64,000 nucleotides of DNA from an uncultured virus (IMG/VR IMGVR_UViG_3300042517_001086) (IMGVR_UViG_3300042517_001086), one strand, 5' to 3'. Counted from the first letter of the stretch, positions 8,316 through 18,334 are shown. Program-made: numbers and translations. Notes: generated from the sequence alone by a model not told the origin.

Positions 8316-10184
8316 TTATTCTCCATATTTTAATATGTCTGATATTGTCATAATTTTATCCAACATAGCAACGCCCAGAATATCAAATTTAATTAAACCA
8401 AGACTTTCTAAATCCTGCATTTCCATACCGGCTATGGCCTGTTTATTCTTTGTGTCATATACCATTGGACATACAGAACTAAGTTTTTTGCTACTAATAA
8501 CTACACCAGCAGCATGTTTAGATTGATTTGACTTGGTTCCTTCCAGCCTGATTGCTTGCTCAAATCTTTTGGCCAGTGGTCCCTCCAGAACGTTGTCATT
8601 AGATATATAGCACCATTCCTTGAGTTTGTCAACATTATTTTCTAAAGCCCAACGTATGATAGAAGCTTCTCCAGTATCTTCTTTCATTTCTTGCAATTCG
8701 TCTGCAATTTTTGCTTCGTCAGGAATACTTTTAGTAATTCTGTTCATTTCATCAAAGGATATATTACCATAAACTCTTAAAACTTCCTTTAAAGCTCCTC
8801 TACCTTTCATAGTATTAAAAGTTATCATTTGAGATACTTTTTCTATTCCATATTTATCTTTAATATAGTCTATGACATATTGTCTTTTGGTAATTGGTAC
8901 GTCCACATCAATATCTGGCATGGATATATGATCTGCAGTATTTCTTCCTTCGTTATAAAATCTCTCAAACAACAAATCATACTTAATAGGATTAATATCT
9001 GTAATACCGACAAGATATGATACCAAACATCCAGCAGCACTACCTCTACCCGGTCCTGGTAGCCATCCATTGGACTTAACATAATTGACAATATCTTGAA
9101 TAATTAAAAAATAACTAGATAATCCAGCACCTTGTAGAACTTTTAATTCAAACTTGATACGATTAACATAGGTTTCGTGTTCAGACTCTGGAACTTTATC
9201 AGCAATCTTTTCTCTCCAGCCATCTCGACAAAGTTGTCTAAGATATTCGTCTGGATCAGCATTATTGGGACATTCAAACGTTGGAAGGGATGGCTTGCTC
9301 AATATATTGTATTCTTCACATAGCGAGTCTACATACAAAGTGTTTTCGATCTCTTCTTCTGTATGAATATCACTCATCTCTTCTGGAGATAGTATGTGAT
9401 AATTATCTGACTGAAAAAAACAACTCAATGGAACATCTTGATTAGCTAATAGCTTTTTATTCACATCTACTAAAGTAGTCTTCAGATTGTTACATAGTAG
9501 AATTCTTTGGTCTATGGCGTCTTCTTTTGTGCAATAATGAGCATCTGGTGTGCATATTACTTTTGTTTTTGTTTTACTGCCCAAAGAACGAACAAAATCT
9601 GTTATGTCTCTTTGTGCAGGATTGAGTGCTTGGTCCATAAGCTGTGCTTCTAAAAAGAAGTTCTCTTGACCAAATATTTCTTTCATTTTAGCTACAAAAT
9701 CTATACCTATCTTATCCATTGTTCCAGACTGGTTTTCTAATAGATCTGGCAAGAGAGATCCCAAATGACCACAGAACCCTATAATATTCCCATCCAAAAA
9801 ATTAGCTAGTCTGTCCATACTAATTCTTGGCTTATGATAAAAATTTTCTTCTTTATTGGTTTCGGAAGCTATTGAGATTAAATTACGCCACCCCTTTAAA
9901 TTCTTCGCCAATACTAAAAAATGACTAAGCTTGCTATTTTCTTTAGTTTTGATGTTAGAATCTTCATGGGAAATATAAAGTTCACAACCTAGTATTGGCT
10001 TTATATTTTGAGCTTTAAGAGCTTGGAAAAATTGAACACATCCAGAAATAGAACCATGATCAGTTAATGCACACGATTTAATCCCAGTGTTAGCACATCT
10101 TTGAGCAATCTGATGAGGCTTGCTGATACCGTCCAATAGGCTGTAGTGAGAGTGTGTATGCAATGCGGCATAAGTTTTAGTCAT
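8316..10184 (-). CDS. dnaE: DNA polymerase III alpha, N-terminal part (PHP + palm/thumb)
   Basis: LHTHSHYSLLDG, TDHG, GCELY, DAHY, GPGRGSAAG, LLFERF, MPDIDVD, HAAGVVI and KFDILG. Confidence 0.95.
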   Translation of the reverse strand: MTKTYAALHTHSHYSLLDGISKPHQIAQRCANTGIKSCALTDHGSISGCVQFFQALKAQNIKPILGCELYISHEDSNIKTKENSKLSHFLVLAKNLKGWRNLISIASETNKEENFYHKPRISMDRLANFLDGNIIGFCGHLGSLLPDLLENQSGTMDKIGIDFVAKMKEIFGQENFFLEAQLMDQALNPAQRDITDFVRSLGSKTKTKVICTPDAHYCTKEDAIDQRILLCNNLKTTLVDVNKKLLANQDVPLSCFFQSDNYHILSPEEMSDIHTEEEIENTLYVDSLCEEYNILSKPSLPTFECPNNADPDEYLRQLCRDGWREKIADKVPESEHETYVNRIKFELKVLQGAGLSSYFLIIQDIVNYVKSNGWLPGPGRGSAAGCLVSYLVGITDINPIKYDLLFERFYNEGRNTADHISMPDIDVDVPITKRQYVIDYIKDKYGIEKVSQMITFNTMKGRGALKEVLRVYGNISFDEMNRITKSIPDEAKIADELQEMKEDTGEASIIRWALENNVDKLKEWCYISNDNVLEGPLAKRFEQAIRLEGTKSNQSKHAAGVVISSKKLSSVCPMVYDTKNKQAIAGMEMQDLESLGLIKFDILGVAMLDKIMTISDILKYGE

Positions 10185-11221
10185 ACTGTTCCTGGGGCCT
10201 TGTATAATCCAATAGAGTGTTTCGGGTGCTTGTACAAGTTCATTGTAGTGTCGATTCCGTAAAGATCAAGATCATGTTTTACCTGTTCACACTTTGTCAT
10301 GGTTTGGCCAACAGAGCATGTTTGACCGTCTCTATATTCTGTTATAGGAGTGACATTAGTATTGTCAAAAGTTGTTTTGCCAAAATGACATAATTTGTTA
10401 CACATCCAGCTTTTATGTAATCTGGGTTTTTTAGTATTTTTAATAAGTTCGTACTTAGCCCTCAGCATGTTCTCTGTTTCTGCTAAGTCAGAATCATTAA
10501 AACATATAGTAAATGGACCTCCATCATTAATAAAATAAATAGAGAACATTATATGGTTAATCTTAGGATATAAATGCTTAATAGCATAATGATATATTCT
10601 TAATTGAGGATCTCTTTCCAATTTTTCTTGAGTCTTTTCTTCTCCTGTAGCCCAGTCAAGTCTCCTACCAGTTTTCCAGTCTATAATTTCTATGGTGGTA
10701 TCATTAACCAGAGTTATTAGGTCAATAGTTCCCTTAAGAGCTAAATTACCAGTAATCTTCTTATCTTCTACATCATACGAATATTTAGCCCATGGTTTAG
10801 ATATCTCAAAGTCAAAGTGTTGTTCTGGACATAGAACATTTCTATTTCTAGGATCAAACATCCCATTGTTAAACTCGATTGCTTTATATACCCAAGCCCG
10901 ACAATCTTTTAAGTCTTTGGGAGACCATTTATGGTGCTGTGTTTGTTGAGTATAATAATCGTAGACTTTATCAATAATTTCATCCAGATTATAGCTATGT
11001 ACATTTATTAAACCAAAGACATCGTCTTCTACAGTGTCTAGATTGTCTTGTTGTGCCTTTTTAATAACTGCTAAAATTTCTAGAACTTTATGAGTTATTG
11101 TTCCTTTATCTGCCTTTTGACCAGACGGACCCCGCCACCCTAGTACATATTCAGCAAAATATTGCTGTTCACAGAGACTATGAGTATTGTAAGAAGAACT
11201 TCTAAAGTATGTTATTATCAT
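10181..11221 (-). CDS. PD-(D/E)XK nuclease, Cas4/AddB-like
   Basis: N-terminal SSS..LCEQQY, GTITHKVLE, GTIDL, IIDWKTG, QLRIY and a C-terminal Cys cluster (CNKLC...C). Confidence 0.85.
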   Translation of the reverse strand: MIITYFRSSSYNTHSLCEQQYFAEYVLGWRGPSGQKADKGTITHKVLEILAVIKKAQQDNLDTVEDDVFGLINVHSYNLDEIIDKVYDYYTQQTQHHKWSPKDLKDCRAWVYKAIEFNNGMFDPRNRNVLCPEQHFDFEISKPWAKYSYDVEDKKITGNLALKGTIDLITLVNDTTIEIIDWKTGRRLDWATGEEKTQEKLERDPQLRIYHYAIKHLYPKINHIMFSIYFINDGGPFTICFNDSDLAETENMLRAKYELIKNTKKPRLHKSWMCNKLCHFGKTTFDNTNVTPITEYRDGQTCSVGQTMTKCEQVKHDLDLYGIDTTMNLYKHPKHSIGLYKAPGTV

Positions 11222-11949
11222 GTAGTGAGTCCTAAGAGGTTTTCTAGTAATGTTTTAATTTGAGACACCTGATCATATATTGACGAATTAACATTATCTA
11301 TAACGTAATCAAATTTAGACCAGTCAAATTTATCTTTATCTAATATGGATTCGCTAAGATGATCAGAATTATGTGGATTTCTAGTTAGTCTTAATACTTT
11401 GCCACCAATATTTTGAATTGACTCAACCTCGTTAGGAAAACGACAGTCTGTAATTATAGCAATATCTGGTTTTTCTCTGACTATTTTAGAGATGGTTGCT
11501 TTTACCCAAACGTCAGGATCTAATTTACGAAATATGTCCGTTCCTATAATTTGCATAGCATCTCTGCCAGACAGCTGCTTGTTTTCCCATTGCAAATGTG
11601 TGGTTTGATTTTTTTCATCATCACTACCATAACATTGATTATATTCCAATCCTAGAATATTCATGCAAATGTCTTGTTTTAAAACATCTGCAAAGTTATA
11701 TATTTTGATTTTACTATATAGTTTTTGCAATAAGCTTTGGGCATTAATATCTGTCTTTGGTATTATGTGTGGTTGAAATAATCCTTCGTACTCTTTATTT
11801 CCGCCAAAATCAGAAAGTAGTATCTGTCCTTCGTCGTCTAGTAATACCTTTTCTGCCAAGCCTAGTTTAGACAGATGCAGAGATAATATAAAGTTACCAG
11901 CTGTTGTTTTGCCGGATTGTTTTCGTCCAGATATACCTAGCACTATCAT
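11218..11949 (-). CDS. Deoxynucleoside monophosphate kinase
   Basis: GISGRKQSGKTT, FADVLK, RDAMQIIGTD, ITDCRFPNE and HLSE, as in T4 gp1-like kinases. Confidence 0.85.
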   Translation of the reverse strand: MIVLGISGRKQSGKTTAGNFILSLHLSKLGLAEKVLLDDEGQILLSDFGGNKEYEGLFQPHIIPKTDINAQSLLQKLYSKIKIYNFADVLKQDICMNILGLEYNQCYGSDDEKNQTTHLQWENKQLSGRDAMQIIGTDIFRKLDPDVWVKATISKIVREKPDIAIITDCRFPNEVESIQNIGGKVLRLTRNPHNSDHLSESILDKDKFDWSKFDYVIDNVNSSIYDQVSQIKTLLENLLGLTT

Positions 11950-13115
11950 ATAGAGTATCCTTGTAGTTGTGGTAAAATATATTCATGAATATCTTTTGTA
12001 GACATTTCTGCAATATCGTTTGCTGTTAACTTAATGTGTTTAATGTTATATGTTCTACAACATTTTTCTTCTATATTCTTAGCAGCAGCCTCGCCAGCCT
12101 TATCATTATCCATAATTGTTACTATGTTCATGGCTCCAGAAATATCTAATAACATCTTTTGCTTGTGACTTAATGATGCTCCAAAGATTGCCACAGAATT
12201 ATGTATTCCTGCTTCTTCTAGTCTCCATACATTTCCAGGACTTTCTACCAGAATCACAGTATGAGAAGACGAGATATGCTCTTTAGCGAACCAATAATTA
12301 TACAAATACTCTTGTGTTTTAAAGTTTTTATTATGTCTCCATTTACAGTACTTCCATACCTCATTGTCAGATGGGCAATCTGATTCGGTTTTATGGAATC
12401 CTCCACATTTGATACATTTATTATAGAAGGTTCGTCCAGTACAACCTGTCATATTTTGACCACTATCATCATAAACAGGAACCACCGCCCTGTCACACAT
12501 TTCCTTGTTAGGATCTAAGCAGTCTCCAACGTCATATTTGCGCAATACGTCCTCACTGAAGCCCCTATTTAAAAAGTATTGAGATGGAATAGACAGAGCT
12601 TTAACCACAGATGATCTGGGAACAGTACCAAGATTTATTGGCCTATCATTTGATTGAATATTTTTTATGGCATTTATAAAAGTAGATTTTTCTTTGGCTC
12701 TTTTTGAGACCTTGATATTGGCCAAATCAGACTTACTAAAATCAATAGCAAACTCCAGAGCTTCACCAAAAGATACTACTGGATCTCCTGATTTAGACCA
12801 TCCCTTTTCATGAGACAAACAACCTCTAATAAACCCAATAATAGACGACTTAAAAATTTCTTCACATTGATGGGTTCTGCATTTCCAGTTACCTCTATAA
12901 GAGTCTCCTTGATGATACAGATTAAACGCGGAGTCGTTATCTCCTCCGTGGATTGGACAACTCATGATAACCATTTTATCAAGCATTCTATAAGATGTTA
13001 TTCCGAGATGACTGAGTAAATTCTCTATATCATCACAGACCACATCAGATAGATGCTTTAATTGATGCTGATCATACGAATGGTATTTCTTCTGCTTCTT
13101 CTTCATTATATTCAT
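11946..13115 (-). CDS. dnaG: DNA primase (CHC2 zinc finger + TOPRIM)
   Basis: CPIH...WKCRTHQC, YFLNRG, GCTGR, VILVES and MDNDKAG. Confidence 0.88.
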   Translation of the reverse strand: MNIMKKKQKKYHSYDQHQLKHLSDVVCDDIENLLSHLGITSYRMLDKMVIMSCPIHGGDNDSAFNLYHQGDSYRGNWKCRTHQCEEIFKSSIIGFIRGCLSHEKGWSKSGDPVVSFGEALEFAIDFSKSDLANIKVSKRAKEKSTFINAIKNIQSNDRPINLGTVPRSSVVKALSIPSQYFLNRGFSEDVLRKYDVGDCLDPNKEMCDRAVVPVYDDSGQNMTGCTGRTFYNKCIKCGGFHKTESDCPSDNEVWKYCKWRHNKNFKTQEYLYNYWFAKEHISSSHTVILVESPGNVWRLEEAGIHNSVAIFGASLSHKQKMLLDISGAMNIVTIMDNDKAGEAAAKNIEEKCCRTYNIKHIKLTANDIAEMSTKDIHEYILPQLQGYSI

Positions 13116-14547
13116 TGTTACTAACTATAAATCCATCTTTTTTGGTCTGAACGTTGTTAACTAATTCTAAACGAGTTTTACCTTCTACTATTTTGGCACA
13201 CCAACCCTTCATGTGACAATTAATATAATCATTATCGTCTAATCCTCCTCCGTGACGACTAATTAATGGCACTAACTTACGATTCCCATTATCTGGACCA
13301 TCTTCAGCAATCTCCTCATCTGACTTTCTTTTAAAGATAGTGAAATTGCTACAGAGCCAAATGATTCTGTCTGATCCGCTAGCGGTATCTGTACTTTCCT
13401 TGGAAATACCGTCTCTGTTTAATTGTATAAAGGCTACTATTGGTACCTTATATTTAACGGCAAAGTTATGTAATGATGTCATCATGAAGCCAAGAACCTG
13501 ATATTCTTTCATGTCTTGAGAGATACCGGCAGAGTCCATGAGCTTTAGATAGTCATAAAAAATTACGCACTCTTTAGCTGTGCCGTCATCATTAAGTCCA
13601 ACCTCTTTAACTATCCACCTCCTCATTAATGCTAATTGTTCTTCGAATGATTTGCCAGCAATACTATGATGATACAGTCTACTGGCTTTTAATTCAGCTA
13701 CAGCTGCTTGCATTTTAGACATAGATCCTGGAGTATCTGCAAACTTACCAGTTTCTATTTTGGATATTTCTAGTTCTGATGACATAGCAAGAATACGATG
13801 AACGTGGTCTTCCCTAGTCATTTCAGTATCCATATTCAATACTGGTATTTTTAACTTACTAGCAATATAATAACCCATATTGTCTGATAGTAATGTCTTG
13901 CCCACCTTTGGTCTGGCCGCTATTACATTAACTGTTCCACGACGCAAACCCCCTCCAATAGACTGGTCATAAACTGGAAATCCTGTAGATATACCAATTT
14001 GATCTACTTTATGTTCTTGCAAAAACTTAATATAATCATCAATGTCTTTGCCTATAGAAGATGGAGAAGAATCACCGTCAGTTGACAAAGAAGAAGAGAA
14101 ATTAAAGATAGACTCTTCTGCTATACCTATAATAGAAGATATATTCTCTGACCCAGTAACATCTAATAGTTGTTCCTGAGCATTCTCTAGTTCTTTATGT
14201 AGTAATCTGGCTATTTCTAGCTTCTTGATTTTGGCAGCAAACTTCCTAACGTTTTCTAGATTAACTGGAAAATCGAATATAGCTTTTAAGTGCTGCGCTT
14301 CCTCTTTTTTGGATAAAACGTCTGATAGTCCCAACTCTTGGGCAGACGAGTAGATAGATGCTAGATCTAGTTTAGTCTGAGGATTTTTATCACAGATATT
14401 CTTAATGCATTTATAAATTATTTGATTGCTGTCAATAGTAAATGCGCCTTCTTGGATTATATCACAAATATCCAAGTAGGCATCTTCACCATACTTCAAT
14501 ATACCGCTCAGTACCGCTCTTTCTGCGGAAGGATCACATAAAATCAT
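13072..14547 (-). CDS. dnaB: Replicative DNA helicase
   Basis: AERAVL, GISTGF, AARPKVGKT, FYDYLKLM, QLNR and SRHG. Confidence 0.93.
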   Translation of the reverse strand: MILCDPSAERAVLSGILKYGEDAYLDICDIIQEGAFTIDSNQIIYKCIKNICDKNPQTKLDLASIYSSAQELGLSDVLSKKEEAQHLKAIFDFPVNLENVRKFAAKIKKLEIARLLHKELENAQEQLLDVTGSENISSIIGIAEESIFNFSSSLSTDGDSSPSSIGKDIDDYIKFLQEHKVDQIGISTGFPVYDQSIGGGLRRGTVNVIAARPKVGKTLLSDNMGYYIASKLKIPVLNMDTEMTREDHVHRILAMSSELEISKIETGKFADTPGSMSKMQAAVAELKASRLYHHSIAGKSFEEQLALMRRWIVKEVGLNDDGTAKECVIFYDYLKLMDSAGISQDMKEYQVLGFMMTSLHNFAVKYKVPIVAFIQLNRDGISKESTDTASGSDRIIWLCSNFTIFKRKSDEEIAEDGPDNGNRKLVPLISRHGGGLDDNDYINCHMKGWCAKIVEGKTRLELVNNVQTKKDGFIVSNNEYNEEEAEEIPFV

Positions 14548-14549
14548 AA

Positions 14550-14957
14550 TTACCCTGCTTGAGTTGAACAGTTATTACATTTGTATCTTGAGGCGCCCTC
14601 AAATATTAAACCAGGACTAACAATCTCTGTCTTACCACAAATTCTGCATGTTACTTGTACTGGTTCAAACTCTCTCATTCTTGCTACCGGAGGATGTTTT
14701 GATAGCTTTTTGTCTATTGAACTATCTTCTTTATGCATACTAAACTCTGGCATTTTAGCAAATTTATTTACCGATTCTTCGCTATCATTTTGAGTCCTGC
14801 CTCTTTGACGACTCTTTGTCTTCATTTTAGACTTTGAAGATTTGGTTTCTGTCTTTGCTTCTTGTTCAGGAGTTTGGTCATTGGGCAATAGACTTTGTAG
14901 TAGGTTTATTAACAACTTAACATTTTCTGGATTATTTAGCACTTCTTTAGGATCCAT
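14550..14957 (-). CDS. Hypothetical protein with C-terminal zinc ribbon
   Basis: CRICG...CNNC at the C-terminus. Confidence 0.7.
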   Translation of the reverse strand: MDPKEVLNNPENVKLLINLLQSLLPNDQTPEQEAKTETKSSKSKMKTKSRQRGRTQNDSEESVNKFAKMPEFSMHKEDSSIDKKLSKHPPVARMREFEPVQVTCRICGKTEIVSPGLIFEGASRYKCNNCSTQAG

Positions 14958-15438
14958 GACTCACCTTTGCTCTTTGAATGGACAACATGATATCAGATAA
15001 ATTCTTTAAACTATTTGCTATATAAGATAGTCTGTCACTTCTTTGCTTAGCATACTTCTTAATACTGCTCAAAGACTGTGCTTTATCATTATGCTTTATG
15101 GCTTGTAAAGATTTTTCAATATAGCCATATCCTTTATAATTATTCACTTCATCCGCTATTGTCTCTTTAATAGACTCTTCAGCCCAATTCTGTCTGGCAA
15201 TTTCTCTGTTAATTGTTCTTTGAACATGAAAAGCAAACTGTCCAAGTCTGTAGGATATTTGAGCACAATCTTCTGGAGATAGCTTCTCAATTTCATCACG
15301 AGACATTGTTAAATATGTGTTCATTTCTTGTTCTGACACACCATATGATTGAGCATACTCTGGCAGCGAAATACTCTTTTCGTATTCGTCAAGCACCTTA
15401 TCCCAGTGTTGTAAATCTTCTTTCGCACTTCTATTCAT
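14947..15438 (-). CDS. Helical hypothetical protein, possibly UvsY-like recombination mediator
   Basis: All-helical/coiled-coil pattern, similar size to UvsY, located near recA; function inferred only. Confidence 0.4.
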   Translation of the reverse strand: MNRSAKEDLQHWDKVLDEYEKSISLPEYAQSYGVSEQEMNTYLTMSRDEIEKLSPEDCAQISYRLGQFAFHVQRTINREIARQNWAEESIKETIADEVNNYKGYGYIEKSLQAIKHNDKAQSLSSIKKYAKQRSDRLSYIANSLKNLSDIMLSIQRAKVSHGS

Positions 15439-15841
15439 TGTTGGTAATCCTTTGTTCCCATACTTCTGGAGATTCCATATATCCTAATACTATATATTTG
15501 ATTCCATTTTTTTCACACCATTCTTGTTTATCATGATCTCTTTTTTGAGACTTGAGAAAAGAAATTCTAGAATTATGATAGAATGGTATGAACTTATAAT
15601 GCTGCTCTCCATGCACTTCTACCGACATCTTTAATAGAGGAATATAAAAATCTAAATACAAAGTTTCCGATTTACGCAATGGTACTGGAACTTCCTCCAG
15701 TATTTGCATGGTTGGAAAATTTTTAGTCAGAATCTTTCTGGCTTCCAGATGAAAAGATGACTTATTTTGCATTTTACCCTTCGCAATGTAACCTGTCAAG
15801 TGCCAAGAATGAGAATTCCCATCCAAATCGACTATATTCAT
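15431..15841 (-). CDS. DUF559/Vsr-like endonuclease
   Basis: EEVPVP, YLDFYIP, VEVHGEQHY and RDHDKQEWCEKNGI. Confidence 0.8.
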   Translation of the reverse strand: MNIVDLDGNSHSWHLTGYIAKGKMQNKSSFHLEARKILTKNFPTMQILEEVPVPLRKSETLYLDFYIPLLKMSVEVHGEQHYKFIPFYHNSRISFLKSQKRDHDKQEWCEKNGIKYIVLGYMESPEVWEQRITNNE

Positions 15842-16860
15842 TTATTAATTCCTAATACTTCTTTTACAGCATTTTCAACAGTAGCATAAGCGGTAGGATT
15901 TTCTAATAGATAGTTTCTTACCTTTTCTGACCCTTGGAATTTAGGCTTATCCTCTAATACGGTAATAGTATACCAAGCACCACCCTTATGAATAATACCA
16001 ACATCGGAAGCTAGATTGATAATTTCGGTACATTTATCAATACCCTGACCGTATCTAATATAACTGGTTGTTGTTGCTCCGGGTGGTCCCAATGCTGAAC
16101 ATATAACTTGCCATTCTATCTCTTGTCCTATTTGAGTATTATCGGTACCCAGCAACCAAGGCTTGAATGTTTTTGCTCTGAGTTTGATATCAGTCTGATA
16201 TGCGATAGCTTGCCCAGACTTTTCTTTAAATTCTGCACCATAACCAGTTGGATTACCCATTAAGTGAGTAATACCAATAACGATATTCTTATTAACAGGA
16301 ATAACATTAGCGACTTTACGACAAAACTTAGCCAAAAGTTTAGCCCCGTCTGCTCTTTGCATTTTATCCATATCAGATGTAATTTCTGCTTCTGTACATA
16401 ATGCAGAGTACGAGTCTATGATTAGAACACATCCAGGAATTTCATTAATAATTCTTTCTCCAATTTGCAGGTATTCTTCAGCGTGTAGAATCTTGCCTTG
16501 CTGAGAACCTATTACATGAAATCTAGAGAGGTCTAATGCTGGTATTCCTTCAAGATCTCTTTTCTTTAATCTACCTTCAATATTTAGGTAGTACACTTGA
16601 CGACCTTCTTTAAAAGATCCATAAGCATATTCTAGTCTTTGTGCCGTTGCAGCAAAGTCTAGTGACGATGTTGTTTTACCACACTTTGGCTGTCCGGTAA
16701 GAACAACAAAACTACCCTCGGGTATTCCTCCGTTGAGAGCGATATCTAAAGCTGGACCAATAGGTATTGTTAAGATTTTTTTATCTACAATAGCATTACC
16801 AGACAAAATAATCCCATCACCAAAATTCTTATTAACATCTTCTTTTAGCGTTGTAGCCAT
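15838..16860 (-). CDS. recA: RecA/UvsX-like recombinase
   Basis: LDIALNGGIPEG, GQPKCGKTT, IIDSYSAL, YGQGID and GAWY. Confidence 0.9.
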   Translation of the reverse strand: MATTLKEDVNKNFGDGIILSGNAIVDKKILTIPIGPALDIALNGGIPEGSFVVLTGQPKCGKTTSSLDFAATAQRLEYAYGSFKEGRQVYYLNIEGRLKKRDLEGIPALDLSRFHVIGSQQGKILHAEEYLQIGERIINEIPGCVLIIDSYSALCTEAEITSDMDKMQRADGAKLLAKFCRKVANVIPVNKNIVIGITHLMGNPTGYGAEFKEKSGQAIAYQTDIKLRAKTFKPWLLGTDNTQIGQEIEWQVICSALGPPGATTTSYIRYGQGIDKCTEIINLASDVGIIHKGGAWYTITVLEDKPKFQGSEKVRNYLLENPTAYATVENAVKEVLGINK

Positions 16861-17279
16861 TATTCTAAATCTCGTAGTTTGGAAATGATATTTGGTTTAC
16901 TGTTATTCGCTTTTCTATGTACTATATTATCTTTACGATCATAGTCCATAGACAATTCCGTATTTTCCTGCTCCACTATCTTTTGGTATTGGTCTATAAT
17001 AGCAAGAAGGTGTGGCGCTCGCAAAGAGTAAATCTTAGCTGATTTGGTATCATTCAAGGCTTTTATAATGGCTTTGGGATGGTATTTTTTAAGTAGTTTA
17101 TTTGCTGATCCTATTTGGTTCCTATAATATGTTGACCACTCTTTAGTCAACCAGAACCTATAGTGTAAATCTATGTTACTTAATTTGGCTTTATGTTCGC
17201 ATATTATCTCAGTGATATACTGAGCAGCGGACACATCCTTACCATTAGAATACCTGGAGGGGTATTGAGCTTTATGCAT
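16860..17279 (-). CDS. Hypothetical protein
   Basis: 139-aa ORF translationally coupled to its neighbours. Confidence 0.7.
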   Translation of the reverse strand: MHKAQYPSRYSNGKDVSAAQYITEIICEHKAKLSNIDLHYRFWLTKEWSTYYRNQIGSANKLLKKYHPKAIIKALNDTKSAKIYSLRAPHLLAIIDQYQKIVEQENTELSMDYDRKDNIVHRKANNSKPNIISKLRDLE

Positions 17280-17605
17280 TACTTGGACTTGTTTGGTCTA
17301 AAAATATTCTTTTCTTGGTTTCTTCCCTGCGATGATTCTGCTTGCTTTCTTGTTTCGTCGGCAATTGCTGAAGCATCCTTGGTCATAATTGCTACATTGT
17401 TTAATTTCTTACCAGATGTATGGGTAATCATTAAACTTTTAGCATTAGGTTTTGGTACAGTATTCATTTGAACATTGGCTTCCAGCACCTCGTTAATCTG
17501 CTTTTCTGACACTCCTAGTTCAGTCGATATCTTATCAATACCTTCACCAGTGTGACTGAGCCAAAGAATAGCATACTTATTTGCTTTACTTAATTTAGCC
17601 ATCAA
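17279..17605 (-). CDS. Hypothetical protein with possible N-terminal HTH
   Basis: GIDKISTELGVSEKQINEVL is HTH-like. Confidence 0.55.
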   Translation of the reverse strand: MMAKLSKANKYAILWLSHTGEGIDKISTELGVSEKQINEVLEANVQMNTVPKPNAKSLMITHTSGKKLNNVAIMTKDASAIADETRKQAESSQGRNQEKNIFRPNKSK

Positions 17606-17982
17606 ATCTTCTCTCTTTCTGCTTTGTTAAGCCATAATAAATTTTTAGAACAAAGGAATTGTAAATAACATTCAAATACTGCATAGCTAACCGGAGTAAA
17701 ACGATTAGTTGGACGACAAGTATTATCAACTATGCTAGAAGATTTATCTTCTCCTAATTGAGAGATTGGATTATATAGCTTGTTGTTGGTTGATAGTCTA
17801 ATAAAATATTGTGTAGGATTATTTGTTTTTGTAATTTTTTTAGCTAGTACTTTATTGCTATCTGCATTAAGCATAGGGTTGCCACTGGAATCTACGTGGT
17901 CTTCATCTCCGACAAGACAGTAAAACTTATAATCTGTGGTGTCTTGCTTATTGTGATCAATAGTAAAAATGAAATCATTCAT
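17602..17982 (-). CDS. Hypothetical protein, paralogue of 18676..19074
   Basis: Shares CLxGxEDxxD, YNPI, YxQFL and WL...ER motifs with that ORF. Confidence 0.75.
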   Translation of the reverse strand: MNDFIFTIDHNKQDTTDYKFYCLVGDEDHVDSSGNPMLNADSNKVLAKKITKTNNPTQYFIRLSTNNKLYNPISQLGEDKSSSIVDNTCRPTNRFTPVSYAVFECYLQFLCSKNLLWLNKAEREKI

Positions 17983-18334
17983 TATTTATCTCCGATGCTT
18001 TCTCTGTTGCTTCTTTATCAGATTCCATAATACATTTCTGCAGTTTGTTGAAGAACCCTGCCATGTACTCATGATAGTGCTTGTTCTGAGGTACGGGAAC
18101 GTGATAATTCTGTTTGCAAATTTCATTAATTCCAACAACATTGCCAGTTTCGTCTTGTTCTAAAACCTTAGCAGTTACAGTAATTACCAGCTCGTGTGGA
18201 CACTCTAAGAGTTTTTCATATTCTTGTTCGATCTCATTTGATAATGTATTTTGTTTTAATATGCTCTCTAATACTGTATCGATAGCTTTCTTTTCTTCTT
18301 CCGAAATATTTTGCTCTGTCATTATTTTGTCCAT
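17975..18334 (-). CDS. Hypothetical protein
   Basis: Acidic 119-aa ORF within the operon. Confidence 0.65.
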   Translation of the reverse strand: MDKIMTEQNISEEEKKAIDTVLESILKQNTLSNEIEQEYEKLLECPHELVITVTAKVLEQDETGNVVGINEICKQNYHVPVPQNKHYHEYMAGFFNKLQKCIMESDKEATEKASEINNE

